In this document: positions 16,754 to 24,209 of the stretch, in pieces
Layout of the letters: each line of letters begins with the position of its first letter
How positions within the stretch are numbered: the first letter of the stretch is position 1
Assembly: GCA_028279745.1 (NCBI GenBank)
Contig: JANQNC010000001.1
Span: 210,001 to 242,000, forward strand
DNA from: Candidatus Nanoarchaeia archaeon
GTDB lineage: Archaea > Nanobdellota > Nanobdellia > Woesearchaeales > JANQNC01
Length of the DNA: 32,000 nt
Direction of reading: 5' to 3'
Made by a program: the position numbers and the translations under genes
The notes under the pieces: model-generated
The model's database searches: none
The model's input: the letters and a program-made list of their open reading frames with translations, nothing else
What the model was told of the DNA's origin: nothing

Positions 16754-17710
16754 CTAATAAAAAATTGTTCTGACACGATGATAGGGTTTGTCATCAGGTG
16801 ATTTAGTTTGACCTTTAAGCCATAAATAATTGTCTATATCTTCAGAAGTTATTTTTGGGATGTTAGGTTTGATCTCATTTTTCATAAGCTCGATAGCCCA
16901 AACCATTCCTGCTCTAATTTCTATCTCTTCAGGACAGTCTTTCTTTAGCTCTATCTTATTGTCTACTTTTTCAGCAAGCTCATGAGAATATTTTAAAATT
17001 CCAAGCTTTCTTAGTGATTGAGGTATTTTATATTCCGCAAACGCAGTCAATTCGTCAATATTTGAAAAAAAACCTAATCCTTTGCTATCAAGACTTCTAG
17101 ATATGTCCCATATTGCCAGTTGAGCTTTTTTATGGAACATAACTTTCCTTCCATTGTAGACTGTAGAGTCATCATAATATTGAAAATCCGCAGTTATTAT
17201 CTCTAATAGTTTTAATGCGTCTTGGTCTGCACTCTTGACAAGATTAGAGCACTTTCCTTCATACTTCTCATTAATGACTCTGCCAACCTCTTTCAGGGCG
17301 TTTAATCTTTCATTAAAAAGAGGAATTTGAGTGTTGCCCCTTAAAATGTGAGATAAATCTTTTTCGGAAAGTGTTTCAAGATAGTTTGGATCCAGAATGC
17401 TGTATCCTTCTGAGACTGCTCGGTATAATGCAGCCATCTGTCCCCACGCACCATCTAACTTCTTGTCTTGATATTCAATAGTCCATTTCGGATCCCCCCA
17501 GTAACAGACATTAATAGAACAAAACACAAGATTGTAAGCAATGCTATCTTCATCATTTAGTTTAGGTCTTGTAAAAGGAGCCATATCCGTCCAAGGTTTG
17601 ATATCTTTCTCACTAAAGTTAGAAGAAACTTCTTTTAACTTTGTGGTGTCTATGTTGACCTGCTTTGATCTTTCTGCAACATATTTTATTCCTTCTAGCA
17701 CAGGATTCAT
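16754..17710 (-). CDS. queuosine-salvage family protein (DUF2419 / QNG1-like nucleoside-5'-phosphate glycosylase)
   Basis: From memory of human QNG1 (C9orf64): KVMFHKKAQLAIWD, LTAFAEYKIPQSLRKLGILKYS, EEIEIRAGMVWAIELM and the C-terminus YHRVRTIFY parallel the family blocks. The track ORF start at 17785 runs into the tRNA 3' flank. The ATG at 17710 (MNPVLEG) is preferred. Confidence 0.8.
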   Translation of the reverse strand: MNPVLEGIKYVAERSKQVNIDTTKLKEVSSNFSEKDIKPWTDMAPFTRPKLNDEDSIAYNLVFCSINVCYWGDPKWTIEYQDKKLDGAWGQMAALYRAVSEGYSILDPNYLETLSEKDLSHILRGNTQIPLFNERLNALKEVGRVINEKYEGKCSNLVKSADQDALKLLEIITADFQYYDDSTVYNGRKVMFHKKAQLAIWDISRSLDSKGLGFFSNIDELTAFAEYKIPQSLRKLGILKYSHELAEKVDNKIELKKDCPEEIEIRAGMVWAIELMKNEIKPNIPKITSEDIDNYLWLKGQTKSPDDKPYHRVRTIFY

Positions 17711-17757
17711 AAAGAAAAATAATATCAGATTATTTATAATAATTTTGAAAAATAAAA

Positions 17758-17876
17758 TGAGCCCGCGAGGACTTTCGACATTCATTGCGTTGAAAGCTAC
17801 GAACGCAGTGAGTGTGTTCGAACCCCGGTTTACCGGTCCGAAGCCGGTCGTACTGTCCAGGCTATACTACGGGCCC
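17758..17876 (-). tRNA. tRNA-Arg (anticodon UCG) with a 45-nt intron at position 59/60 in the T-loop; no encoded CCA
   Basis: The minus strand reads GGGCCCG-TA-GTAT-AGCCTGGACA-GTAC-G-ACCGG-CTTCGGA-CCGGT-AAAC-CGGGG-TTCGAA. The intron occupies 17816-17772, followed by T-CCTCG-CGGGCTC-A. All four stems pair, with one G-U each in the acceptor, D and T stems. A14, G15, G18G19 and U33 are present. The junctions fold as bulge-helix-bulge (see finding). Confidence 0.8.
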
Positions 17877-17900
17877 ATTTAATACAAAATTATCTAGTTT

Positions 17901-17910
17901 TATTTAAATA
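17901..17910 (-). promoter_or_regulatory. TATA box for the tRNA-Arg gene
   Basis: Palindromic TATTTAAATA, with 24 nt between it and tRNA position 1 (17876). This fits archaeal spacing. Confidence 0.55.
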
Positions 17911-17958
17911 ACTATCTGAATAAGAAAGAGAAAAGAAAAAAACGCGCAGAAATTAAAA

Positions 17959-18098
17959 ACACAAAAGAATGCAAAGCATTCTTTGTGTACAGAAAAACAA
18001 CGTTTTTCTTGTGTTTCTGGCGCAAAGAAAAGTGAAACTTTTCTTGCGCACGAAACTTCGTTTCGTTGCGCCCAGGAAAATCTTTGATTTTCCTTGGG
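17959..18098. other. array of five abutting stem-loops with one shared architecture
   Basis: H1 17959-17988, H2 17989-18012, H3 18020-18049, H4 18046-18071 (core 18050-18066), H5 18071-18098. Each has a 3-nt loop, a 7-9 bp A/T-rich upper stem, exactly one bulged nucleotide, and a 2-4 bp mostly G/C lower stem. I paired them base by base from the sequence. Confidence 0.75.
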
Positions 18099-18100
18099 AA

Positions 18101-18601
18101 TTATTGTCGTGCTCGCATTATGCCAAAGCCTGCAACACCAACAATAACAACAACAGCAATCAATAAACCATCCCCCAGCTCAGGGATTTCCTCCATTGGC
18201 TCTCCACCACATTCTGGAATCGGATCATAATAACAGCCCCCATCACAGCTATCTACAGTGCATGGATCGTCATCATCACACCAGTCTAAAATTTCATCAT
18301 ATGGACACTCTGCATTGCCTGAGTTCATAAAACAACCATGTTGGTATTCAACGTAAACCCACGTATCATCCCTAAACTCACAAACACTATAATCTTGTGT
18401 AGTACAATCGTGTATTTGAGTTGGTTCACCTTCAACACAGCTACCTTGACTACATGTAAAATTGCCTTCAACAATATCATCTGGACCTAAACAAAAGAAA
18501 GACTCAAGATCATCACAATCCTCATCTTGTTCACACTCGTGCTGTGCAAAAACAGCACCGACCACAAAAAGTAATAGTAAACTTAAAATTAGTTTCTTCA
18601 T
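18101..18601 (-). CDS. exported Cys-rich acidic protein with C-terminal TM anchor
   Basis: Signal peptide MKKLILSLLLLFVVGAVFAQ. Many Cys in a D/E-rich ectodomain. C-terminus is EEIPELG + DGLLIAVVVIVGVAGFGI + MRARQ. Confidence 0.7.
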   Translation of the reverse strand: MKKLILSLLLLFVVGAVFAQHECEQDEDCDDLESFFCLGPDDIVEGNFTCSQGSCVEGEPTQIHDCTTQDYSVCEFRDDTWVYVEYQHGCFMNSGNAECPYDEILDWCDDDDPCTVDSCDGGCYYDPIPECGGEPMEEIPELGDGLLIAVVVIVGVAGFGIMRARQ

Positions 18602-18682
18602 CTATAACCACCTCAAACTCTTTAATTAAATAAAATTAAGAATAACAGTATTTAAAACTTTTGAAAAATAATAAAAGAAAAA

Positions 18683-18964
18683 TCACTCTTTTCTTTTTAG
18701 AGTAATTTCGATTGTAGAAACTCTTACTTGTTTTCCTTCTTTGTTCTCAAACTCTTCAGAGTCAATCTTTATGTCTTTTACATCAACTTGGCCTTCAAGG
18801 AATCTTTTCACTGCAACTTCTGCAACATCAACTGCTCTGCTTATCAATTTTCCCCTAGCCTTAACAATCACTTCATCTGTCTGCTTTGTTGTGAATTGCA
18901 TAACTACTGCTGTTACATAATTCATAAAAGACTTCATACCAATAAAGATAGAGTTGTCTGCCAT
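18683..18964 (-). CDS. albA: DNA/RNA-binding protein Alba
   Basis: NSIFIGMKSFMNYVTAVVMQF, VIVKARGKLISRAVDVAEV and VSTIEITL are typical Alba blocks. 93 aa. Confidence 0.9.
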   Translation of the reverse strand: MADNSIFIGMKSFMNYVTAVVMQFTTKQTDEVIVKARGKLISRAVDVAEVAVKRFLEGQVDVKDIKIDSEEFENKEGKQVRVSTIEITLKRKE

Positions 18965-18986
18965 TTTTCTGTACCCCTGTTTTCAC

Positions 18987-19181
18987 TTAAATTTCTTTAG
19001 TGATCTTAACCAGCCTTGTTATGTAACCAGCTATACAGTTCACTAGTTTCTTTGAGTTAATCTCTGCCACTCTTGCCACTTTTTTCTTGTTCTCACTGAA
19101 ATCCTTGCCGAATTCAGGTCTGAACTCATTAAATAGCTTAAGTGATGTTCTCTTCACTAATGTCGTTTTTATACGTCCCAT
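18987..19181 (-). CDS. rps17e: 30S ribosomal protein eS17 (S17e)
   Basis: MGRIKTTLVKRTSLKLFNEF...FSENKKKV...SKKLVNCIAGYITRLVK. Confidence 0.9.
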   Translation of the reverse strand: MGRIKTTLVKRTSLKLFNEFRPEFGKDFSENKKKVARVAEINSKKLVNCIAGYITRLVKITKEI

Positions 19182-19223
19182 GCCCTTGAGGATTAAGCAG
19201 GGGTATATAAAGCTTGCTGTTTT

Positions 19224-20210
19224 CTATATATGCTTAAGGAACCAGTTATCAAAGTCTATGGCTAAACTCACCACCCCATCACTAGACACTTTTTTGTCTT
19301 GCAGAGCAAGGATCTGATCATTTATTCTTTTAACATCATAATCATTCCCAAGATATGTTGGAAGAATCTCTTTCAGTCTGTGAAGAACAGTTACAACCTT
19401 CTTATTCTTTTTAGTAAACTTCAGATCTTTAATCATCCGCACATACTTCCCAACATCATAAGCAGTTCTATCATCTACTTTTTTAGCAAGATTATCATCC
19501 AAAGGTTTTATCTTTGAAAAAATCTTAGCTTTGTCTTTAATAAAACCAAGGTCAAGAACCGGTTCTTTTAATCTTAAAAAGCTGACATGTCTTGAAAGAG
19601 TATCAACATTATCATAAAAACAACCTTTTTGTGAGAATCTAAAAGGCATATACTGAAAGTCATAAAGATACTGGATCAGATCTCCAAGATTATAGGTGTG
19701 TAATGTTGCTCCATTAATCTTCTTTTTCTCAACATAGCTACACCTGTACTTTCTCACTTCATCATCATCTACAATATTATACTGTTGATGGTTAATATCA
19801 AATTTATGATAGGTAGTATCAATCAATACATATCCATCTTTGTAATCAACAGCAGAACAAGCATGATTTACTTTGTCTCCTTCGTTGTCTTTTGATACAA
19901 ATGCAACCCTACTGTTAAAACCCAAAAATCTTGCCATAGTTACAAATAAAAAAGACTGTTCAATACAGTTACCTTTTTTCTCATTGAAAACATCCAAAGA
20001 ATTTCTTTGTCTTGGGTAATCAGAACTGTAAGCGATATTATCCTGAAAATAGTCAAATATTTTTTTCAGTTTATCGTGTAATTGGCCTTTGTTCATACTT
20101 TCTGCAATAGGGATAAGCTTATAGGGCATTATGAAAGGATCTGCATACTTTTTTTCAACTAAAGAGATAACATAGTCATTTTTCATACTACCATATATGC
20201 ATCTTATCAT
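19224..20210 (-). CDS. transglutaminase-like cysteine protease-fold protein with unknown C-terminal half
   Basis: Cys-His-Asp core in family order and spacing: KKGNCIEQSFLFVTMARFLG, VNHACSAV, GYVLIDTT. Confidence 0.75.
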   Translation of the reverse strand: MIRCIYGSMKNDYVISLVEKKYADPFIMPYKLIPIAESMNKGQLHDKLKKIFDYFQDNIAYSSDYPRQRNSLDVFNEKKGNCIEQSFLFVTMARFLGFNSRVAFVSKDNEGDKVNHACSAVDYKDGYVLIDTTYHKFDINHQQYNIVDDDEVRKYRCSYVEKKKINGATLHTYNLGDLIQYLYDFQYMPFRFSQKGCFYDNVDTLSRHVSFLRLKEPVLDLGFIKDKAKIFSKIKPLDDNLAKKVDDRTAYDVGKYVRMIKDLKFTKKNKKVVTVLHRLKEILPTYLGNDYDVKRINDQILALQDKKVSSDGVVSLAIDFDNWFLKHI

Positions 20211-20261
20211 TTAATAGAACTCACAAAGAAAAACCGAAAGAAATAACAAAAAGATCAGAAA

Positions 20262-22514
20262 TTAAGCAACAGCCCTGTATTCATCCTTAACCTTTATCCC
20301 TTTTGTAAGGATCTCTTTCAAGTTCTTAAGAGCTGATACTTCTGAAGGTTTTAATTTATAGTAATGATTTTCATTCTTTATCAATCTGTCAAGGTGTGCA
20401 TTTAATCTCTTGCTTTGTATATCCACAATATGTCTATTGTCATAAACTTTTTTGTATGCAAAGTCAAACTTCTCTTCAGTAAATGAGAAATTTGCAGTTG
20501 TTCTTCTCTCAAGAAGGGCATAATAACTATGTGTATTTTTCAACTGGTTCCAAGCACCAAGGCTTTGATAATAAAGAAGAACTTCAATCGTAAGCAGATC
20601 TTTCTGCTTCATAACATCTGCAACATAAGCTTCAGGCAACTCTTCTAGACTTTTTATTGTCTTAGAGTAATCAACATCATATTTGCTTTCAGGCAAATAA
20701 CCATTATATTTCTGACCGTTAAGAGTTTTATTAGTGTTAAACTCGACACGCGCATTGTGTCTTCTTATCACTGAACCTTCAAATCTCTTATCTATACTGT
20801 CAAAGAAGTCATTTCCGATATGGTCATATAGATAACTTAAGTTGTCAAGCACCCATTTGTCCCATATAACTCCATCCAGATCATACTGCAACATAACTTC
20901 TATAAACTCGTCGGGTTCCCCATTTTTACCCTCACACTTTATTTTATGCCTTACTAAGTGTTCAGTGTTTTCGATATCTGCATGACAATGTGCTACAGAC
21001 TCACTGCTTCTATAACAGTTAAGTACTGGTTTGAGTGATTCTTCAAGTCTTCTTTGAGTTTCTGTGTCAATCTCAAAATTACCTATGATATTGCTCTCTT
21101 CTTTTATCAGGTTGATCTTTTGTGCCATGAGCAGGTCACCACGACCAATCTCTTCTTTTCTAACCTTATCATCAAAGTATTTCCATAAGGCTAATCCAAT
21201 TACTGAATTATTAATCCTCTCTTGGTGATATCCTACAGGATTATGTTCTTCACTGTCAGAGCTGGCAGGTCGTACGATACCACACCATTTGCCACCCACA
21301 TCTCTAATGTCCTCCATGAAGAAACTTCCTGTTTCACTGTTTATATCAATTGTCTGATCACACAACCCCATCGATTCTTGCTTTTGTTCTGTCAGAATAT
21401 CAACTATCTCATCTAACATGCCTTTTCTCTTTTGCTCAGTAAGATTATCAACAATCTCTTCCAATACACTATCCCTATCAGGTAAATTAAAATCTTCCCC
21501 TTCTTTTTCTAACAGCTCTTTCTTTTTTCTATTCAAGTACTCTTCTACCATCTCTTTCTTATTTCTGCTTATATGATTTTTTAGCATGCCTATCAGTCTA
21601 GGAGCATTTTCCTCTTTTGCTTGTTTTAGACTATCATTAAAATAAAACATCTCAATATCGTTTGTTGGAGCCGGCAAGTTTTCCATGTAAATGTTGTCTT
21701 TCTCTGTGAAAACAGGCTTAACAACTCTAGCTTTTCTGCCGAAAAGGAACTTCATCTGTGCAGTCTCGTAATCACAACGGTCGTCCCTCTTCTTTCTCCT
21801 TCCACTAATATCATTAAATCCTGCGCTTTTAGGTATTATGTACTGCTTACGGAAGTAAGGTGTTGTGACGATGGTCTTATCTGAATCTGGATTTTTGACT
21901 TGAACCAGGATCTTAGAAAGCTTAGTGTATAAATGCCTTAAACCTTTATCATTAACAACATACTCAAATACTTTTATTTCAGCACCCGGTTTTGCTATCC
22001 CTTCATTCTCAAGCTGTGCACGATATGTTGTATTAACAAAGCTAAGAAACTTTTCATATTTTTCTCCCTTAAGTTCTATTTTTCTTTTCTCGTCCTTTTT
22101 AATCTCTTTAAAGTGTTCTACTGCCCCTTCAAGTGTCTTTGGCAAGACATCAGTTAGCTTCTCTTTGTCAAGCAGGTCATAAGCTCCCAACTTTATTGCT
22201 TCCTCTTTCCCCATCCCCCCTTTAAGTTTATCAGAGGCGGTCATCAAAATAACAGGTGTATTTATGTTTTTCTTACTGGTATATCTTAAGATATCAAAAC
22301 CACCTTGCTTTGGCATGACAACGTCACAAAGGATAACATCTACAGCTCTCTTATTTATCTGTTCGATTACCTTCTTTCCACTGCTGACTGGAATTATGTT
22401 ATAGTTAACATCAGAATTACTCTCTATTATTTGCGTAGCTAACTTAACCATATCAGGCTGATCATCAGCCACAATTATGTTGACAATATCTTTCTTCTCC
22501 ATTTTTTTAACCAT
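20262..22514 (-). CDS. response-regulator receiver domain fused to a large module ending in a PI3/PI4-kinase-like (type II PI4K-like) domain
   Basis: REC: IIVADDQPD, VDVILCDVVMPKQGG, PVILMTASD, AIKLGAYDLLDK. C-terminal blocks resemble type II PI4K as I recall it: TGSFFMED...GIVRPASSDSEEHNP...GYHQE (compare SGSYFVKD...AVFKPKNEEPYGHLNP...GYLSE), ADIENTEHLV (compare DRGNDNWLI) and YDLDGV (compare IDNGLAFP). The kinase assignment is an inference. Confidence 0.65.
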   Translation of the reverse strand: MVKKMEKKDIVNIIVADDQPDMVKLATQIIESNSDVNYNIIPVSSGKKVIEQINKRAVDVILCDVVMPKQGGFDILRYTSKKNINTPVILMTASDKLKGGMGKEEAIKLGAYDLLDKEKLTDVLPKTLEGAVEHFKEIKKDEKRKIELKGEKYEKFLSFVNTTYRAQLENEGIAKPGAEIKVFEYVVNDKGLRHLYTKLSKILVQVKNPDSDKTIVTTPYFRKQYIIPKSAGFNDISGRRKKRDDRCDYETAQMKFLFGRKARVVKPVFTEKDNIYMENLPAPTNDIEMFYFNDSLKQAKEENAPRLIGMLKNHISRNKKEMVEEYLNRKKKELLEKEGEDFNLPDRDSVLEEIVDNLTEQKRKGMLDEIVDILTEQKQESMGLCDQTIDINSETGSFFMEDIRDVGGKWCGIVRPASSDSEEHNPVGYHQERINNSVIGLALWKYFDDKVRKEEIGRGDLLMAQKINLIKEESNIIGNFEIDTETQRRLEESLKPVLNCYRSSESVAHCHADIENTEHLVRHKIKCEGKNGEPDEFIEVMLQYDLDGVIWDKWVLDNLSYLYDHIGNDFFDSIDKRFEGSVIRRHNARVEFNTNKTLNGQKYNGYLPESKYDVDYSKTIKSLEELPEAYVADVMKQKDLLTIEVLLYYQSLGAWNQLKNTHSYYALLERRTTANFSFTEEKFDFAYKKVYDNRHIVDIQSKRLNAHLDRLIKNENHYYKLKPSEVSALKNLKEILTKGIKVKDEYRAVA

Positions 22515-23451
22515 AACTTATCCTTGTAAGAGAGTGAACTGAAGACATAAGTGCTCTAAGCTGTCCCACCAGATCATAAATTATGCCCTGCTTTTCCTCG
22601 CTTTCGAAGAATGCGTCAATAGCCTTCATCACATCTTTCCTTTCATCAGAAACTGTGTAAGCTAGCATCTTGTCCTTTCCATAATAAGCTTTCATAGTGT
22701 CAAGATAGTTCTTCTCTATCTTTGAATAGATCGAGATTAAATCATCCTTGCCCCGCTTCTTAAGATCAAGCAGAGGGAAAATTCTTGAAAGACGCTTTAT
22801 AGAATCTGCGGTCTTTTCCAGATTGAATGCGAAGTTCCATGAACTCATCAATGCAACAAGATCCATCTTCATATTTTTCATGACAGACGGGTCAGTCATT
22901 GCAGACTTAACTGCTCGGAACACCAAGAATACTAATCTGTTAACATCATCATCTCTTTGGTCAAGATTTTCTGTTTCTTTACCTAAAAAAGAATTTTTAG
23001 TGTCAATAACCATCGACCTTATGATTATGTCTATTTTTCTAACAAGATTCACAATAGAAATATCTTTCATGTTAAGGAAATCTTTTGCAATTATCTTATC
23101 TCCACTTTCCTGCATTATTTCCAATGCAACTAAACCGTGAAGAATGTGTCTGATGCCTTTAGCTTTTTTCTTTATATCAGAACCAGAAATATAAAGTACA
23201 TTTACATTGTTAATGTATGATGAAATGATCTCTCTTTTTAGAAATTCTAAACTTTTTCCATCAGTGTTAATCTTTATCTCAACAGGATCTTTTTCAACTT
23301 TTGCAGAAGCAGGCGATAGTGTAAGTTTGTTTAACTCTTCAGAAACATAGATGATGTCGCCTTTGTTAAGGCTGTGCTTATCCATCCAGTCCCTTGGCAA
23401 AGAAAGGACGTAGGAAGATTTTCCAAATGCTATAATCTTTCTAGTTTCCAT
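22507..23451 (-). CDS. AbrB/SpoVT-domain + PhoU-domain regulator (archaeal phosphate-uptake-regulator type)
   Basis: N-terminus KIIAFGKSSYVLSLPRDWMDKHSLNKGDIIYV has a swapped-hairpin AbrB pattern. Two PhoU-like helical repeats follow (DDDVNRLVFLVFR...). Its stop overlaps the next gene's ATG by 8 nt. Confidence 0.8.
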   Translation of the reverse strand: METRKIIAFGKSSYVLSLPRDWMDKHSLNKGDIIYVSEELNKLTLSPASAKVEKDPVEIKINTDGKSLEFLKREIISSYINNVNVLYISGSDIKKKAKGIRHILHGLVALEIMQESGDKIIAKDFLNMKDISIVNLVRKIDIIIRSMVIDTKNSFLGKETENLDQRDDDVNRLVFLVFRAVKSAMTDPSVMKNMKMDLVALMSSWNFAFNLEKTADSIKRLSRIFPLLDLKKRGKDDLISIYSKIEKNYLDTMKAYYGKDKMLAYTVSDERKDVMKAIDAFFESEEKQGIIYDLVGQLRALMSSVHSLTRISYG

Positions 23452-23650
23452 ATTTTCACCATTTCTTTAGTTCGATTAATCACCCCGCAGGTAAGCAACG
23501 ACACCTTATTCTAACTATAAGTGTAAAATGTCTATTTACTCATCCCCCAAACATATACCCCCTATGCAGTATATAAAGAATAGAGAGTAACTATATATAT
23601 TTAAATCTTACTATACTATAGTAGAATACATATAATCAGGGGTGGTTGCT

Positions 23651-23800
23651 ATGAAAGATATATTTTATGAAATTGAGAAAGATCTGCTTCCAGACCGGTT
23701 AAAACAGGTGAAAACAGACGAATGGGACACTGAGAAAGGTATTGATGAAATAGATGAATGGGACACATCATGGGTAAAGGAAACCGATACCGGAAGCTAA
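23651..23800 (+). CDS. candidate small acidic Trp-rich protein (49 aa)
   Basis: Below the track cutoff. SD GGGGTGG lies 6 nt before the ATG. MKDIFYEIEKDLLPDRLKQVKTDEWDTEKGIDEIDEWDTSWVKETDTGS. It appears paralogous to the next ORF. Confidence 0.4.
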   Translation: MKDIFYEIEKDLLPDRLKQVKTDEWDTEKGIDEIDEWDTSWVKETDTGS

Positions 23801-23878
23801 AAACATATAGTGTATTTGTTGTATATAAGATAGACATATAAGCAAAGTTAGCTTATAAACTGATAGGGGGTGCATATT

Positions 23879-24034
23879 ATGAAAGATAAATTGTTCAAGA
23901 GATTGGATGAGGAAAATATCTTTTTAGATGATATGGACATATATACAGAAGAGGCCCGAGAAAAAGAAGTTGAAAATGATGAACTAGACTGCTGGGAAGC
24001 TGCCTGGATGCAGGGCTACGAAGAAGCAAGATAA
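23879..24034 (+). CDS. candidate small acidic Trp-rich protein (51 aa)
   Basis: SD GGGGGTG lies 6 nt before the ATG. MKDKLFKRLDEENIFLDDMDIYTEEAREKEVENDELDCWEAAWMQGYEEAR. A strong hairpin plus T-tract follows. Confidence 0.45.
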   Translation: MKDKLFKRLDEENIFLDDMDIYTEEAREKEVENDELDCWEAAWMQGYEEAR

Positions 24035-24060
24035 AACTCATTCCTCATAACTGCTGAGTC

Positions 24061-24100
24061 GGCTATCCTCTCGCGAGGATAGCCCCTCCGTGTTTTATTT
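24061..24100 (+). terminator. stem-loop plus T-tract terminator-like element
   Basis: Perfect 10-bp stem GGCTATCCTC / GAGGATAGCC with loop TCGC (24061-24084), then CCTCCGTGTTTTATTT. Confidence 0.55.
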
Positions 24101-24209
24101 AATATAGAGTGGAAAATGATTTTTTTAGATATATTAATTATTTTCTATATGGAAAATAAATGGGCTATGACAAGCTTTAAATAAGCAAATTCTCAGGAAT
24201 GGCTTTTAA

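Noticed and set aside
17711-17785. N-terminal 25-aa extension of the Q-salvage ORF (track start 17785)
   Set aside because: The extension overlaps the tRNA 3' end and T-tract and encodes a low-complexity hydrophobic string. The family alignment begins at the ATG at 17710.
17700-18100. tRNA-linked integrated mobile element
   Set aside because: No integrase, transposase or obvious repeat of the tRNA 3' end was seen. Flanking genes are ordinary chromosomal genes with similar composition.
17969-18166. 65-aa plus-strand ORF across the hairpin array
   Set aside because: The sequence is explained by five palindromic stem-loops. The ORF also overlaps the 3' end of the convergent Cys-rich protein gene and has no SD.
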